The position numbers were made by a program, and so were the translations under genes. Source: an uncultured Chloroflexia bacterium (lineage in GTDB: Bacteria > Chloroflexota > Anaerolineae > JAAYZQ01). Taken from it: a stretch of 64,000 nt of DNA. Shown piece by piece: positions 28,890 to 38,669 of the stretch; the first letter of the stretch is position 1, and every line of letters begins with the position of its first letter. Location: positions 160,001 through 224,000 of the forward strand of contig CAVOXA010000005.1 in the NCBI GenBank assembly GCA_963700285.1, read 5' to 3'. Under the pieces are notes generated by a model, which worked only from the letters and a program-made list of their open reading frames with translations, was not told where the DNA came from and made no database searches.

Positions 28890-30218
28890 ATGCCTGTAAA
28901 ACCGTCGAGAAATGATGAGACGCTGACCCTCTCCCGTGAGGAAATGCGGGTCCTGGGCTATGGGGTGGTCGACCTGCTAGTCGAGCATTTCGCCGGCCTG
29001 GGCGAGAAACCGGTCACGCGCTGGGCGGATCGGGCCGAGATGGAGGCCCGATTGCGGGAAGCACTGCCGGAACAGGGCTCCGACGCCCTGGCCTCCGGCT
29101 ACAATGTATTTGCCGGTACCTGGCTGGAAGCCTCGGGGCCGGGACAGATCGAGCTGGTCACCATCGACTGGCTGCGGCAGGCTGCCGGCTGGCCGGCCAG
29201 CGCCGGCGGCCTGTTTGTCAGCGGCGGTTCCATGGCCAACATCACGGCCCTGGCCGCGGCCAGGCACGCGAGGCTGGGTGGCCACAGCCAGGACGCGGTC
29301 CTCTACTGCTCGGACCAGACCCACGCCTCCATCGCCCGCGGCCTGCGCGTACTGGGCTTCCGGGAAGACCAACTGCGCGTCCTGGTCTCTGACAGCCGCT
29401 ACCGCCTTGACCTGCCCTCCCTGCGCCAGGCCATCAATGGGGACCGGGCGGCCGGCCGCAGGCCCTTTTGTCTCGTGGCCAACGCCGGCACGACGAACAC
29501 CGGCGCCGTGGATCCCTTGCCCCAACTGGCAGAGGTCTGCCGCCGGGAAGATCTGTGGCTGCACGTCGATGGCGCCTATGGCGCCGCGGCCGTCCTCTGC
29601 CAGCGGGGCCGGGAGGCCCTGGTTGGATTGGAGGCCGCCGACTCTCTGTCCCTCGACCCCCACAAGTGGCTTTTCCAGCCCTACGAGATCGGCTGCGTCA
29701 TGGTGCGCGAGCAAAGCTGGCTGAAGGACGCCTTCCATATCTTTCCCGAGTACCTGGAGGATGTCGAGGGCAGTGAGGGGGAGATCAACTTCTGCGATCA
29801 TGGCATCCAGCTCACCCGCGGCTTCCGGGCGCTCGAACTCTGGATGTCACTCAAGGTCTTTGGCGGCGCAGGCTTTCGGGCGGCGTTGAACCGGGGCTTT
29901 GAGCTGGCCGAGGTCGCCGAGGCGGCAGTGCGCGAGCAGCCCGGCTGGCAGGTGGTCACGCCGGCCCAGATGGGCGTCGTCACCTTCCGCTGCGCCCCTC
30001 CGGGACTGAGCGAGGAGGCGACGGACCACCTCAACAGGGCCCTGGTTGGGGAAATGATGGCTGATGGTTTTGCCATGATCAGCTCCACCGTGCTGCGCGG
30101 GCGGACCGTACTGCGCATGTGTCCCATCAATCCCCGTACCAGCGATGAGGAGGTGCGGGCGACGGTGCGGCGGCTGGCCACGCAGGGAGAGGATCTCCTG
30201 GCCCTGAAGATGACATAA
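28890..30218 (+). CDS. PLP-dependent group II amino-acid decarboxylase, apparent in-frame deletion near 29080
   Basis: SGGSMAN, AGTTNTGAVD, WLHVDGAYG, DPHKWLFQPY. Confidence 0.85.
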   Translation: MPVKPSRNDETLTLSREEMRVLGYGVVDLLVEHFAGLGEKPVTRWADRAEMEARLREALPEQGSDALASGYNVFAGTWLEASGPGQIELVTIDWLRQAAGWPASAGGLFVSGGSMANITALAAARHARLGGHSQDAVLYCSDQTHASIARGLRVLGFREDQLRVLVSDSRYRLDLPSLRQAINGDRAAGRRPFCLVANAGTTNTGAVDPLPQLAEVCRREDLWLHVDGAYGAAAVLCQRGREALVGLEAADSLSLDPHKWLFQPYEIGCVMVREQSWLKDAFHIFPEYLEDVEGSEGEINFCDHGIQLTRGFRALELWMSLKVFGGAGFRAALNRGFELAEVAEAAVREQPGWQVVTPAQMGVVTFRCAPPGLSEEATDHLNRALVGEMMADGFAMISSTVLRGRTVLRMCPINPRTSDEEVRATVRRLATQGEDLLALKMT

Positions 30219-30280
30219 GCAATCCCTGGGCAGAACCGCGTGGTACTCGCCTTGGGGTGAGAAAGAGCGGGGTGGCGCGA

Positions 30281-30697
30281 GTGAAAAAGGTCGAGTTCGA
30301 ACTGGAAATCTATACGTTTCAGATCGACTTTGCCAATCATGTCAGCAACATCGTCTACGTCCAGTGGATGGAGATCGGCCGTACCAGGCTTTTGGCGGCG
30401 ATAGGTCTGCCCATCGAGCAGCTTACCCGCGTGGGCATCGCCCCCGTCCTGGCCTCTACAGAGATCGCCTACCAGGAGCCGCTGTACCTGGGCGACCGGG
30501 TCCGGGTCGAGGTGTGGATCTCGGAGCTGCGGCGCGCTTCGGCCCGGCTCGCATTCCGTTTCTACAAGAACGGCGATGTCCGGGTCGCGTCCGGTTCCCA
30601 GAAGGGCTTGTTTATCCATCTCGATACAAAGCGGCCCTACCGGATGAGCGACGAGATGCGAGCCAGGTTCGCGCCGTATCTGGCCGGCGAGGCATGA
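30281..30697 (+). CDS. 4HBT/YbgC-like acyl-CoA thioesterase
   Basis: IDFANHVSNIVYVQWMEIGR, PLYLGD. Confidence 0.85.
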   Translation: MKKVEFELEIYTFQIDFANHVSNIVYVQWMEIGRTRLLAAIGLPIEQLTRVGIAPVLASTEIAYQEPLYLGDRVRVEVWISELRRASARLAFRFYKNGDVRVASGSQKGLFIHLDTKRPYRMSDEMRARFAPYLAGEA

Positions 30698-30854
30698 TCC
30701 TGAGCCACTCTCGCTCGAGGCAGGTCCGTGACCTGCTGGTGGACGGGAGCGGGAAGCTGTGGGCCGGCCTTGATCTGTAGGCTGTTGGGCCGGTCACGGA
30801 CCGGCCCAAAGCGGGATACCGCGGTAGGTTGGCCGTTGCGCAGGGAGGCAAGGA

Positions 30855-30950
30855 ATGGGCATAGCTGAATTGGGCTTTGGTCTGGGACTGTTGCTGGCAA
30901 TGGTAATTATCGCGGCAGTTGTTGTCTTTGCCGCTAGCCGCAGGCGCTGA
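30855..30950 (+). CDS. Putative 31-aa single-pass membrane peptide
   Basis: GGAGG RBS, MGIAELGFGLGLLLAMVIIAAVVVFAASRRR. Confidence 0.45.
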   Translation: MGIAELGFGLGLLLAMVIIAAVVVFAASRRR

Positions 30951-31012
30951 GCCCCAGCCTTCAAGGTTGCACGATATCTCTGATGCCGAAAGCGGAGCAA
31001 AGGAGGTTCCAC

Positions 31013-31714
31013 ATGACAAGTGACCTGCTACCAACAGAATTCACCCCCACCCATCACGCGCTGCTTTTCGCCTGGCTGGCGCGGGCCGTGGTGCGGCGAG
31101 AGGGAGAGACGCGGGGGGAGGCCATCGTGCGCCGCGGGGTGCGGAGCTATGGCGAGCAGCGGGGCCATCGCATGGCCCTGCGGGCGGAGGCCGACGGCTG
31201 GCCGCTGGACATGAACGCCTACCGGGCCTACGGCGAATGGCGGGCCCCCGAGGGGTCCACCGCCGCAGAGCTGGTGCGAGAGGCGCCCGACCCGGTGCAG
31301 CACGTGCTCGAGTGCCCCTGGCACCGGGCCTGGGTGGACGAGGGGCTGATGCCCTACGGCCGGCTCTACTGCCTGGAGGTCGACCACGCCCTGGCGCGCG
31401 GCTTTGGCCCCGATACCCGGCTGGGAGTGAACAGTATCAAGTCTAGCGGCGATGATTGTTGCGAGTTTGTCTACCACGGCGCTGACCTGGAGAGCCGGGT
31501 CCAGCCCAAAGGGCAGACCGTGATGCCCTGGGAGTACCACCTGGGACACCTGTACAAGACCATGACGGAGGTACTCGTCGAGGAGATGGGCGAGGCGGGG
31601 GAGGAGGCAAGCCGCGAGGCATTGGACGGGTTTGCCGCGCGCTATGGACGGGACGCGGCTCGGATGGTCGAGGTGAACGCCGAGGCAGATTTTGACCGGC
31701 TGCCGGAGAGATGA
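31013..31714 (+). CDS. L-2-amino-thiazoline-4-carboxylate hydrolase-like protein
   Basis: YGEQRGHRMA, CPW, YCLEVD, GF, CEF. Confidence 0.7.
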   Translation: MTSDLLPTEFTPTHHALLFAWLARAVVRREGETRGEAIVRRGVRSYGEQRGHRMALRAEADGWPLDMNAYRAYGEWRAPEGSTAAELVREAPDPVQHVLECPWHRAWVDEGLMPYGRLYCLEVDHALARGFGPDTRLGVNSIKSSGDDCCEFVYHGADLESRVQPKGQTVMPWEYHLGHLYKTMTEVLVEEMGEAGEEASREALDGFAARYGRDAARMVEVNAEADFDRLPER

Positions 31715-31722
31715 GCGCGCGC

Positions 31723-31763
31723 TTCAGACTTCCAAAGTCGAGGCCAGACTTCGGAAGTCTGAA
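31723..31763. repeat. REP-like hairpin
   Basis: TTCAGACTTCCAAAGTC...GACTTCGGAAGTCTGAA. Confidence 0.7.
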
Positions 31764-31771
31764 CTGGGAGC

Positions 31772-32051
31772 GAGAGGTTGAGCCAGTCACCAAGGTCGCT
31801 TCGCGTACCAGCCGGGCCAGGGTTGTCAGGGTCGACCAGGTGTCAGCCAGGAAGGTGAGGACCTTGCCTCGCAGGCCGCCGTAGACCGGCAGGGGCTTTG
31901 ATCGCGCTGAGCTTAGCGGCCATTGTGCCCTCCTCGCCACCGCAGCCAACCAGAGTGGAATGTCCCATTATCCCATGAAAAGGCTGGCCACGGGGCTCAG
32001 GGGCGAAAACCTTGGGGTTGATAGTGGGCTTCAGTTCTGCTTCGAAAGCCC
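31772..32051 (-). mobile_element. Second, shorter deletion derivative of the IS at 8731-9453
   Basis: About 125 bp nearly identical to 9022-9145. Same end GTTCTGCTTCGAAAGCCC. RBS plus ATG fused directly to the C-terminal remnant. Confidence 0.7.
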
Positions 32052-32064
32052 TCCATACTGGTTC

Positions 32065-32093
32065 TTGCATATGCTGTGAAAAGCGGGTATAAT
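32065..32093 (+). promoter_or_regulatory. Sigma70-type promoter
   Basis: TTGCAT-17 nt-TATAAT. Confidence 0.6.
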
Positions 32094-32199
32094 AGGCCAC
32101 TGGTGCCGGAGCTGTCCATAGGTGGATGGGTTCCTCTGGTCGCTTGTCCAGGGGCCGCTTGGCACAAATCAAGCTCTTGAGGTCGAAAGGAGAAAAAGC

Positions 32200-32739
32200 A
32201 TGTCTGCTGCAAGTGTCGCGGAAAAAGAGACCCGCCGGGTCCCATGGTGGGTGATTCTCATCGAAGGGATCGCCCTCGTAATTCTTGGATTGCTGTGGCT
32301 GGCCAACCCCGCGGCGACCACGGTCGTCTTTATCTTTATGCTGGGCATCTACTGGCTTGTCGCCGGTATATTCAAGATCATCAGTATCTTTCTCGACCAC
32401 TCCATGTGGGGCTGGAAGCTTTTTGCCGGCATCATTGGCATTATCGCCGGCATCCTCATCATCCAGCACCCACTTTGGAGTTCGGTCCTCGTCAGCGCCA
32501 CGCTGATCATCATCCTGGGTATCCAAGGACTCGTCTTTGGCGCCATCGGCGTCTACCAGGCATTCAAGGGAGCCGGCTGGGGCACGGGGATCCTGGGCGC
32601 TATCAGCATCGTCTTTGGCCTCTACCTCCTGTTCAACATCGGGAAAGCAACGTTCGTACTGCCGTGGGTGCTGGGCCTCCTGGCCCTGGTGGGCGGCATC
32701 GTCGTCATTGTGCTCGCCTTCCGGCAGAGGTCAGAGTAA
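32200..32739 (+). CDS. HdeD/DUF308 family membrane protein
   Basis: WWVILIEGIALVILG...NP, six hydrophobic segments. Confidence 0.85.
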   Translation: MSAASVAEKETRRVPWWVILIEGIALVILGLLWLANPAATTVVFIFMLGIYWLVAGIFKIISIFLDHSMWGWKLFAGIIGIIAGILIIQHPLWSSVLVSATLIIILGIQGLVFGAIGVYQAFKGAGWGTGILGAISIVFGLYLLFNIGKATFVLPWVLGLLALVGGIVVIVLAFRQRSE

Positions 32740-33104
32740 TACAAGTTCGAAGCGAAGCTCTTGCACCTGGGCGCCCGCCAGGACCGGCGGGCTCGCGCTG
32801 GTCGCTTATGGTCTCCCGACCGGGATATCTGTTTATGCTTTGATGGCTCGGTCTGGAGGCCATTCGTTTGAGTGGAAGGAGGCGCGAACCGTGCCTGCTA
32901 CGGAGCTACAGGGATCTATCTTTGAAGGGGAAGCAAGCGCCACGGCGAGGAGCAGACCGAAGATGAGCTGGCTGCCATCACGCAAGAGCTCGCAGGGCTC
33001 AGGTTTCTGTTTGGGGAGCGCGATGCTGAACGGCGCCCCATGCGTGCCGCTCGAACCGCCTCAACGGACAGCGGCCCGGTGGGAAAGGGAGGAGAGAAAG
33101 GCCC

Positions 33105-34424
33105 ATGATGGTGGACCGCCTGTTTGAGAGCAAGGGTCGGGTCGCCGTTCATATGGCGCCGAGGAAGGTATCGGTGCCTCCAGGGGGGAGCGTGTCTGTG
33201 CCCCTGGTCTTGCTGAACGGTGGATCAGAAGCCGATTTCTTCAAGCTATCCGTCCAGGGCCTTCCATCCAACTGGGTGTCGCTGCCCTCACCCGTGGTGC
33301 GGATCCGTGAAGGGGAACAGAGGGATATAGCGCTGCTTATCCGGCCACCCGATTCCAGCCAGATCCGCGCTGGGCGACACCCCCTTGTTGTTCGGGTGAC
33401 CAGCCATGCCGCTCCAGGCGACGTGGTGGAGCTGGAAGGCACGCTGACCGTGGCCACGCTTGAGGTAGAAGGCCCGGTTGGTCTGCTCTTGGCTTCAAAC
33501 ACCTTTTCGGCCGTGCCCGGCGAGCGTACGACTGTCCCGGTGGTCCTCCTGAACCAGGCTACCAAAGACGACGTTCTTCAGTTGGCTGTAGATGGGATTC
33601 CGGGCAATTGGGTGTCCTATTCACAGGCATTGGTCCCGCTGGCTCCCGGCCAGCAAAAAGAGGTCTCTGTCGCCATCCGGCCGCCTCCCGGAACCGAGAG
33701 CCGGGCCGGGCGCCACCCTTTCAGGATCCAGGTCGCCAGCCAGGTGAATCCTGAGGATGCGGCCGAGGCAGAGTGCGTGCTGACGGTGGCGACTTGTGCA
33801 GCTTTTGCGGCTGCGCTGGACCCGATGTGCACGGAGGCTGGGGATCCGATACGAATCACCATTGAGAACCTGGGCAACTACCAGCAGGTTTTTGGCCTGA
33901 TGTGGCGCAGTCTGAACGATGAAGTGGCCTTTGAGGCCAGTGCGACTCGAAATGTGCGCATCCCTGCAGGCCGAACAGAGACGGTCGAGCTACGGGCTAC
34001 TCCCCGTCGTCGGCCACTGATCGGCGGCCAGATGAGCTATCCCTTCACAGTTCGGGTACGGTCGGCCGATCACGAGGTACAGGACCTGCCAGGTGAAGTC
34101 ATTAGCAAGGCACGGGTACCGACCTGGCTGGTTCTGATTGTGCTCGTCCTGGTTCTGGCCTTGGCCTGCTTGTCGGCTTTTGTCCTGGTCGGAGCGGATC
34201 TACCTGACTTGAATCCGGCTGGGCCCGCGGCCACAGGTTTGATACCAAAAGGGGCTGGGCTGCCTGCGGAGGAGCCTGTCATCTGCGTCGAACGATTGCC
34301 GCATGCTGTTGAGCAGGGCTGTTGCATTGTCCCTTGCCATACACTGCCCGCCAGATCTGTCATTGCGAGGCGCGCTGCTTGCGCCGTGGCAATCCCCAGG
34401 GCAAAGGTGGAGATCGCTTGCTGA
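33105..34424 (+). CDS. Protein with repeated Ig-like beta-sandwich units and a TM anchor, current C-terminus encoded by a MITE
   Basis: Two V.G.P.NWV...IRPP...RAGRHP repeats and a third divergent unit. Last ~35 codons lie in 34316-34453. Confidence 0.7.
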   Translation: MMVDRLFESKGRVAVHMAPRKVSVPPGGSVSVPLVLLNGGSEADFFKLSVQGLPSNWVSLPSPVVRIREGEQRDIALLIRPPDSSQIRAGRHPLVVRVTSHAAPGDVVELEGTLTVATLEVEGPVGLLLASNTFSAVPGERTTVPVVLLNQATKDDVLQLAVDGIPGNWVSYSQALVPLAPGQQKEVSVAIRPPPGTESRAGRHPFRIQVASQVNPEDAAEAECVLTVATCAAFAAALDPMCTEAGDPIRITIENLGNYQQVFGLMWRSLNDEVAFEASATRNVRIPAGRTETVELRATPRRRPLIGGQMSYPFTVRVRSADHEVQDLPGEVISKARVPTWLVLIVLVLVLALACLSAFVLVGADLPDLNPAGPAATGLIPKGAGLPAEEPVICVERLPHAVEQGCCIVPCHTLPARSVIARRAACAVAIPRAKVEIAC

Positions 34425-34453
34425 CGCTCGCGATGACGACTTTGCTACAGCCC
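34316..34453. mobile_element. 138-bp MITE (empty form)
   Basis: Ends GGGCTGTTGCA and TGCTACAGCCC, flanking direct repeat ATGCTGTTGAGCA, internal GTCATTGCGAG...CTCGCGATGAC palindrome. Confidence 0.8.
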
Positions 34454-34474
34454 GATGCTGTTGAGCAGGGTAGA

Positions 34475-34503
34475 TTGACAAACGGCCTCACTGGTAGTAG
34501 AAT
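34475..34503 (+). promoter_or_regulatory. Sigma70-type promoter
   Basis: TTGACA-17 nt-TAGAAT. Confidence 0.65.
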
Positions 34504-34546
34504 GGTATGGTACCTGCCGTCATCAATCAGATCCTAAAGGAGACGA

Positions 34547-34930
34547 GTGACAAATATGACCAAGAAGCCCCAAAAAGCCCCCAAGGAGAGAGGTTGCTGG
34601 CTGACCGGCTGGCTGATCCTGATGCTGGTCCATGGCATTGTCTCCTCGTTGCTCATCTTTTACCAGCGCAACCAGGAGGGCGGCGATCAGACTATCTGGC
34701 TGGGCCTGCTGCTACTCGCGTCCATCGCCATCGTCGTAGCGACTGTCGCCATCTGGTATTGGCAGCGCTGGGGCCTGATTCTGTACGCCATCGCGATTGG
34801 CGCCAGCATTGTCGCAGGCCTTATCCTGACCCGTACGCAGTTGTGGGTCTTTCACGAGATCATCCCCCTGGCCATCCTGGGCTACCTGATCAAGGACAAG
34901 TGGGCCGACTTTGGTATGGACACGAAATAG
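34547..34930 (+). CDS. Hypothetical 4-TM membrane protein
   Basis: RGCWLTGWL, WYWQRWG. AAGGAG RBS. Confidence 0.75.
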   Translation: MTNMTKKPQKAPKERGCWLTGWLILMLVHGIVSSLLIFYQRNQEGGDQTIWLGLLLLASIAIVVATVAIWYWQRWGLILYAIAIGASIVAGLILTRTQLWVFHEIIPLAILGYLIKDKWADFGMDTK

Positions 34931-35021
34931 GGTGGGACCGGCATCCAGCGCGCTCGGCCCCGCGCCTTGTGCTGCGTACCCTCGGGATGTCTTGTCAGGT
35001 TGGGATTGGAGGCACGGTGCT

Positions 35022-35756
35022 ATGAATGACGTCGATGGGAATGACCTGGAGCTCCTGACCCGGTTCCTGGTTGGCATCGTGCTGCTGGGCGGTGATGTGC
35101 TCATGCAGCGCATCCGCGAAGTGCAGGGAGAGTTGGTCGCCCATCCCGACGTGATGGCTCAGCCGGCAAGCCTTGACAAGGCGTCGGCCCGTGATCTCGC
35201 ACGCTACTTGGCCATTGGCCTGACCGTGCGAGGGCAGAACCTCCTCTTGAAGGGCGTGCGCCGCGGCTTCAATCTCTCCCTGGGTACGGCCAGCTGGTCT
35301 CTGGGCTGGCTGGACCGCGCTACCGACAACCGGTTAATGCGTCCCTTCCGCCGGCCCGTCGAATCACGTCTGCAGCGGTTGGACCGTGAGACGGGGCAGG
35401 TTATCCGCGAAGGGCAGCTTGAGGAACTGAAGGGCAGGTTGCTGGCGCAGGAGGCGGTGATGGAGATCATCGATGACGTGATCGAGTTTGTCGCCGAGAA
35501 CCCGGAAGCTTCGGCCTGGATCCAGCAGGTAATTGGCGGGCAAAGCATTGGTCTGGCCACGGCGATGAGGGATAATGCCCGACAGTTGACGGTGTCGTCC
35601 GACGGCCTGGCGGAATCGATGGCTCGCCGGATACTCCGGCGCACTCCCCGCCAGGCGCTGCCACCATCACCCCTGGCCGGCAGGCCGCAGACGATGTATG
35701 ACCCAGAGACTGCGGCGAAAATGGTGGAAGAGCATGAGCAACCCACAACTGGATGA
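35022..35756 (+). CDS. Hypothetical helical protein
   Basis: GGAGG RBS. Overlaps the RDD gene. Confidence 0.65.
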   Translation: MNDVDGNDLELLTRFLVGIVLLGGDVLMQRIREVQGELVAHPDVMAQPASLDKASARDLARYLAIGLTVRGQNLLLKGVRRGFNLSLGTASWSLGWLDRATDNRLMRPFRRPVESRLQRLDRETGQVIREGQLEELKGRLLAQEAVMEIIDDVIEFVAENPEASAWIQQVIGGQSIGLATAMRDNARQLTVSSDGLAESMARRILRRTPRQALPPSPLAGRPQTMYDPETAAKMVEEHEQPTTG

Positions 35757-36297
35757 GGGCAGTCAGCCAACGCTGCTTGGTCAGTATGCTGGTTTTGTCA
35801 CGCGGTTGATTGCCTGGATCATCGACCAAGTGATTCTCGCCGCCGCCATTACCATCACCATCGGGGCAGGCAAGTTTCTTCTGCAAGTTTTTCCAATCAA
35901 TGAGTGGCTTGGCCTTGACCAAGTCATGACAAACATCACCCTCGTTGTTGCCATTGCGGTTGCTATCACGCTTCCGATTGTCTACAATATCGGCTCCTGG
36001 TTGCTGGCCGGACAGACGATTGGCAAATGGGTCATGGGTGTGCGCATCGTCCGCACGAACGGAGAGCGCATGCGGTTCGGCACATGCGTACGGCGCCAGA
36101 TCGGCTACCTGGTCTCGGCCATTCTGTTCCTGGGTTATCTCTGGATCTTGGTCGACAACAGGCGCCAGGGCTTTCATGACAAGATCGCCGGTACCTTTGT
36201 CATCTATTCGTGGCCAGAGAGCGCGCCGGTCAGGCCCATCCAGGATCGCGTGCGCCGTTTCAGGTTACAGCAACAGCCTGCCCAAGACCCCGAGTAG
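35734..36297 (+). CDS. RDD family protein
   Basis: YAGFVTRLIAWIID, GQTIGK, RQGFHDKIAGT. Confidence 0.9.
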   Translation: MSNPQLDEGSQPTLLGQYAGFVTRLIAWIIDQVILAAAITITIGAGKFLLQVFPINEWLGLDQVMTNITLVVAIAVAITLPIVYNIGSWLLAGQTIGKWVMGVRIVRTNGERMRFGTCVRRQIGYLVSAILFLGYLWILVDNRRQGFHDKIAGTFVIYSWPESAPVRPIQDRVRRFRLQQQPAQDPE

Positions 36298-36320
36298 AGA
36301 CTGCACCGGAAGGGCAGCAC

Positions 36321-36351
36321 AAAGGACGCAACCGGCCGGTTGCGTCCTTTT
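36321..36351. terminator. Probable bidirectional terminator hairpin
   Basis: AAAGGACGCAACCGGCCGGTTGCGTCCTTTT between convergent genes. Confidence 0.75.
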
Positions 36352-36397
36352 CCTGCTCGTCCTCTGAGCGCAGTGCCTGGTCAGGCATCGACCTCTC

Positions 36398-37789
36398 TTA
36401 TCCCAAAAGCAGATAGGGATTCTCCACCAACTGCTTGACCCGCTGTAGAAAGCGGGCCGCCGGCGCGCCGTCGACCAGCCGGTGGTCAAAGACCAGGCTC
36501 AGTGTCCACATCTGCCGTGCCACGATCTCGCCCTCGCGCACTACTGCCTTGGGCAGGATCCGTCCCGCGCCCAGGATGGCCGCTTCCGGCAGGTTGATGA
36601 TGGGCGTAAAGGCGTCCACGTCGTACATGCCCAGGTTGGTGATGGTAAAGGTCCCCCCGCTCAGGTCGTCGGGCAGCGACTTGCCCACCCGGGCCCTATC
36701 CACCAGCGCCCGGAATTCGGCGCCAAAGTCACGCAGACCCTTCTGGTCCGCGCCACGGATGACCGGCACCAGCAAGCCTCGCTCCGTGTCGACGGCCATG
36801 CCCACGTTGATGTAGGGCAAGTGCTCCAGGGCTCCTCCATCCTCACTGAGGCGAGCGTTCATGTAGGGGAACTCGCGCAGCGCCCGGGCGACGATAACAC
36901 CCAGCAGGTCGTTATAGCCCGGCGCAAAGCCCCACTCCTCGGTGACCGCGGCCTTGAGCTGCTCTCGCGCCTCCACAAAGGCGCCGGCGTCGGCCTCGGT
37001 AACCAGGGTCACGCGGGCCGTGGCTGCGTCGCTGGCCGCCATGCGCTGGGCGATGATGCCTCGCAGACCGGCCATCGGGACCTGCCGGATGCTTCGCTCC
37101 CCGGGTACAACAGCCGGTAAACTGGCCGGAACCGCGGCCGGCATCTCAACCGCTGGCGCAGGAGACTGGGCGGCGGCTTCTACATCCACTTTGGTGATGC
37201 GCCCGCCGGGCCCGGTGCCTGTCACCGCGGCCAGATCCACACCCAGGGCGCCGGCTGTCTTGGCGGCCACGGGCGTAACCTTGGGCCTAGAGGCCGCGTG
37301 GTCCAGGACGTCCTGCTCGACGATGCGACCGTTGGGACCGGTGCCGGTCACCAGGGCTAGGTCGATGTCCTGCGCTCGCGCCGCCTTGCGCGCCCGGGGC
37401 GAGGCAAAGATCCGGCCCGTGGACCGTACAAGGCCGGCTTCAATGGCTGTGGTCGCAGGTTCAGCGCTTTCATCTGCAGGTTCTTCTCCGGCGATTTCTG
37501 CCGTTGTAGTTACCGCTGCCGCGGCCCCATAGGACGAGATATCCTCGTCGGCCTCGCGGGTGATGAGGGCCACCGGGGTCAGTACCGGCACGACTTGTCC
37601 TTCCGGCACCAGGATCTTGCGCAGAAAGCCTCGCGCCGTGGCTTCGACGTCAAGGACCGCCTTATCCGACTCGACGGTGAAGAGCAGGTCGCCGCGTTGG
37701 ATGGGATCGCCTTCCTTCTTGACCCACTCGACGACAGAACCTTCTTCCATGGTTTGGCCCAACTTGGGCAGAATAACCTCAGTGATCAT
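36398..37789 (-). CDS. Dihydrolipoamide acyltransferase (E2)
   Basis: Lipoyl VESDKA, two subunit-binding repeats (GTGPNGRI, GTGPGGRI), FDHRLVDG. Confidence 0.95.
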   Translation of the reverse strand: MITEVILPKLGQTMEEGSVVEWVKKEGDPIQRGDLLFTVESDKAVLDVEATARGFLRKILVPEGQVVPVLTPVALITREADEDISSYGAAAAVTTTAEIAGEEPADESAEPATTAIEAGLVRSTGRIFASPRARKAARAQDIDLALVTGTGPNGRIVEQDVLDHAASRPKVTPVAAKTAGALGVDLAAVTGTGPGGRITKVDVEAAAQSPAPAVEMPAAVPASLPAVVPGERSIRQVPMAGLRGIIAQRMAASDAATARVTLVTEADAGAFVEAREQLKAAVTEEWGFAPGYNDLLGVIVARALREFPYMNARLSEDGGALEHLPYINVGMAVDTERGLLVPVIRGADQKGLRDFGAEFRALVDRARVGKSLPDDLSGGTFTITNLGMYDVDAFTPIINLPEAAILGAGRILPKAVVREGEIVARQMWTLSLVFDHRLVDGAPAARFLQRVKQLVENPYLLLG

Positions 37790-37792
37790 GGC

Positions 37793-38563
37793 TCATTTCC
37801 CCTCTGTGTTGGCTTTGGCCAGGGCCGCAGCCGTGGCTGCCCAGTCGGCGACAAATTGCGCTACCCCGATCTCTGTCAGTGGATGCGTGATGGCCTTCTT
37901 GAGCACAGAGGTGGGCACAGTTGCCACATCCGCGCCGATCATGGCCGCCTGGGTGATGTGGATGGGGTGCCGCACGCTGGAGGTGATGATCTTGGTGTCA
38001 AAGCCAAAGTTGTCGAGAATGGTGCGGATGTCGGCGATGACGTCCATGCCCTCGTTGCCGGCGTCGTCCAGCCGCCCAACAAAGGGCGACACGTAGGTGG
38101 CGCCGGCTTTGGCCGCCAGGAGCGCCTGGTTTGCCGAGAAAACCAGGGTCACATTAAAGCGTATGGCTTCCTCGGTCACGATCTGGCGCGCCCTTTCGAT
38201 GGGGGTGGCGCACTGGCCCTGCCAGGGGCAGCCGCTGCAGATGCTCACCGGGTCCGCATGGCGGCCGCGCAGCGCCTTGAGGGCCTTGAGCCCCTCTTCG
38301 ATGAAGGGGATCTTGACCACGACGTGGGGCGACCACTGGATGATCTGCAGCGCTTCGTCGATCATGTCCTGCGCGTCCGTGCCGATCACCTCGGCACTGA
38401 CAGGCCCCTGGACCAGGTAGCAGACCTCCTGGACGACTTCTTTATAGTCCGTGCGGCCCACCTGGGCCATCAGACTGGGATTGGTCGTCACCCCGTCAAT
38501 GATGCCCAGGCCCACCATTTCGCGGATCTCGTCGATGTTGGCGGTATCTAGAAAGATTATCAT
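37793..38563 (-). CDS. tal: Transaldolase (small Tal/FSA subfamily) with Cys-rich insertion
   Basis: FLDTAN, GVTTNPS, PVSAEV, VKIP, YVSPFVGRLDD. Glu/Phe pair is transaldolase-type. Confidence 0.85.
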   Translation of the reverse strand: MIIFLDTANIDEIREMVGLGIIDGVTTNPSLMAQVGRTDYKEVVQEVCYLVQGPVSAEVIGTDAQDMIDEALQIIQWSPHVVVKIPFIEEGLKALKALRGRHADPVSICSGCPWQGQCATPIERARQIVTEEAIRFNVTLVFSANQALLAAKAGATYVSPFVGRLDDAGNEGMDVIADIRTILDNFGFDTKIITSSVRHPIHITQAAMIGADVATVPTSVLKKAITHPLTEIGVAQFVADWAATAAALAKANTEGK

Positions 38564-38669
38564 TCACCTTCTCCCTTCTGAACAAGCATGTCGCCTGAGG
38601 GTTGATGACGGACGATGGACGGCAGACGAAAGAACCTGCATCCTGCTTCCGGTCGTCTTGCGCCTGTCG

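Noticed and set aside
30694-30780. Short ORF containing VRDLLVDGSGKLWAG (beta-propeller-like repeat)
   Set aside because: Only 28 codons. At most a gene scrap.
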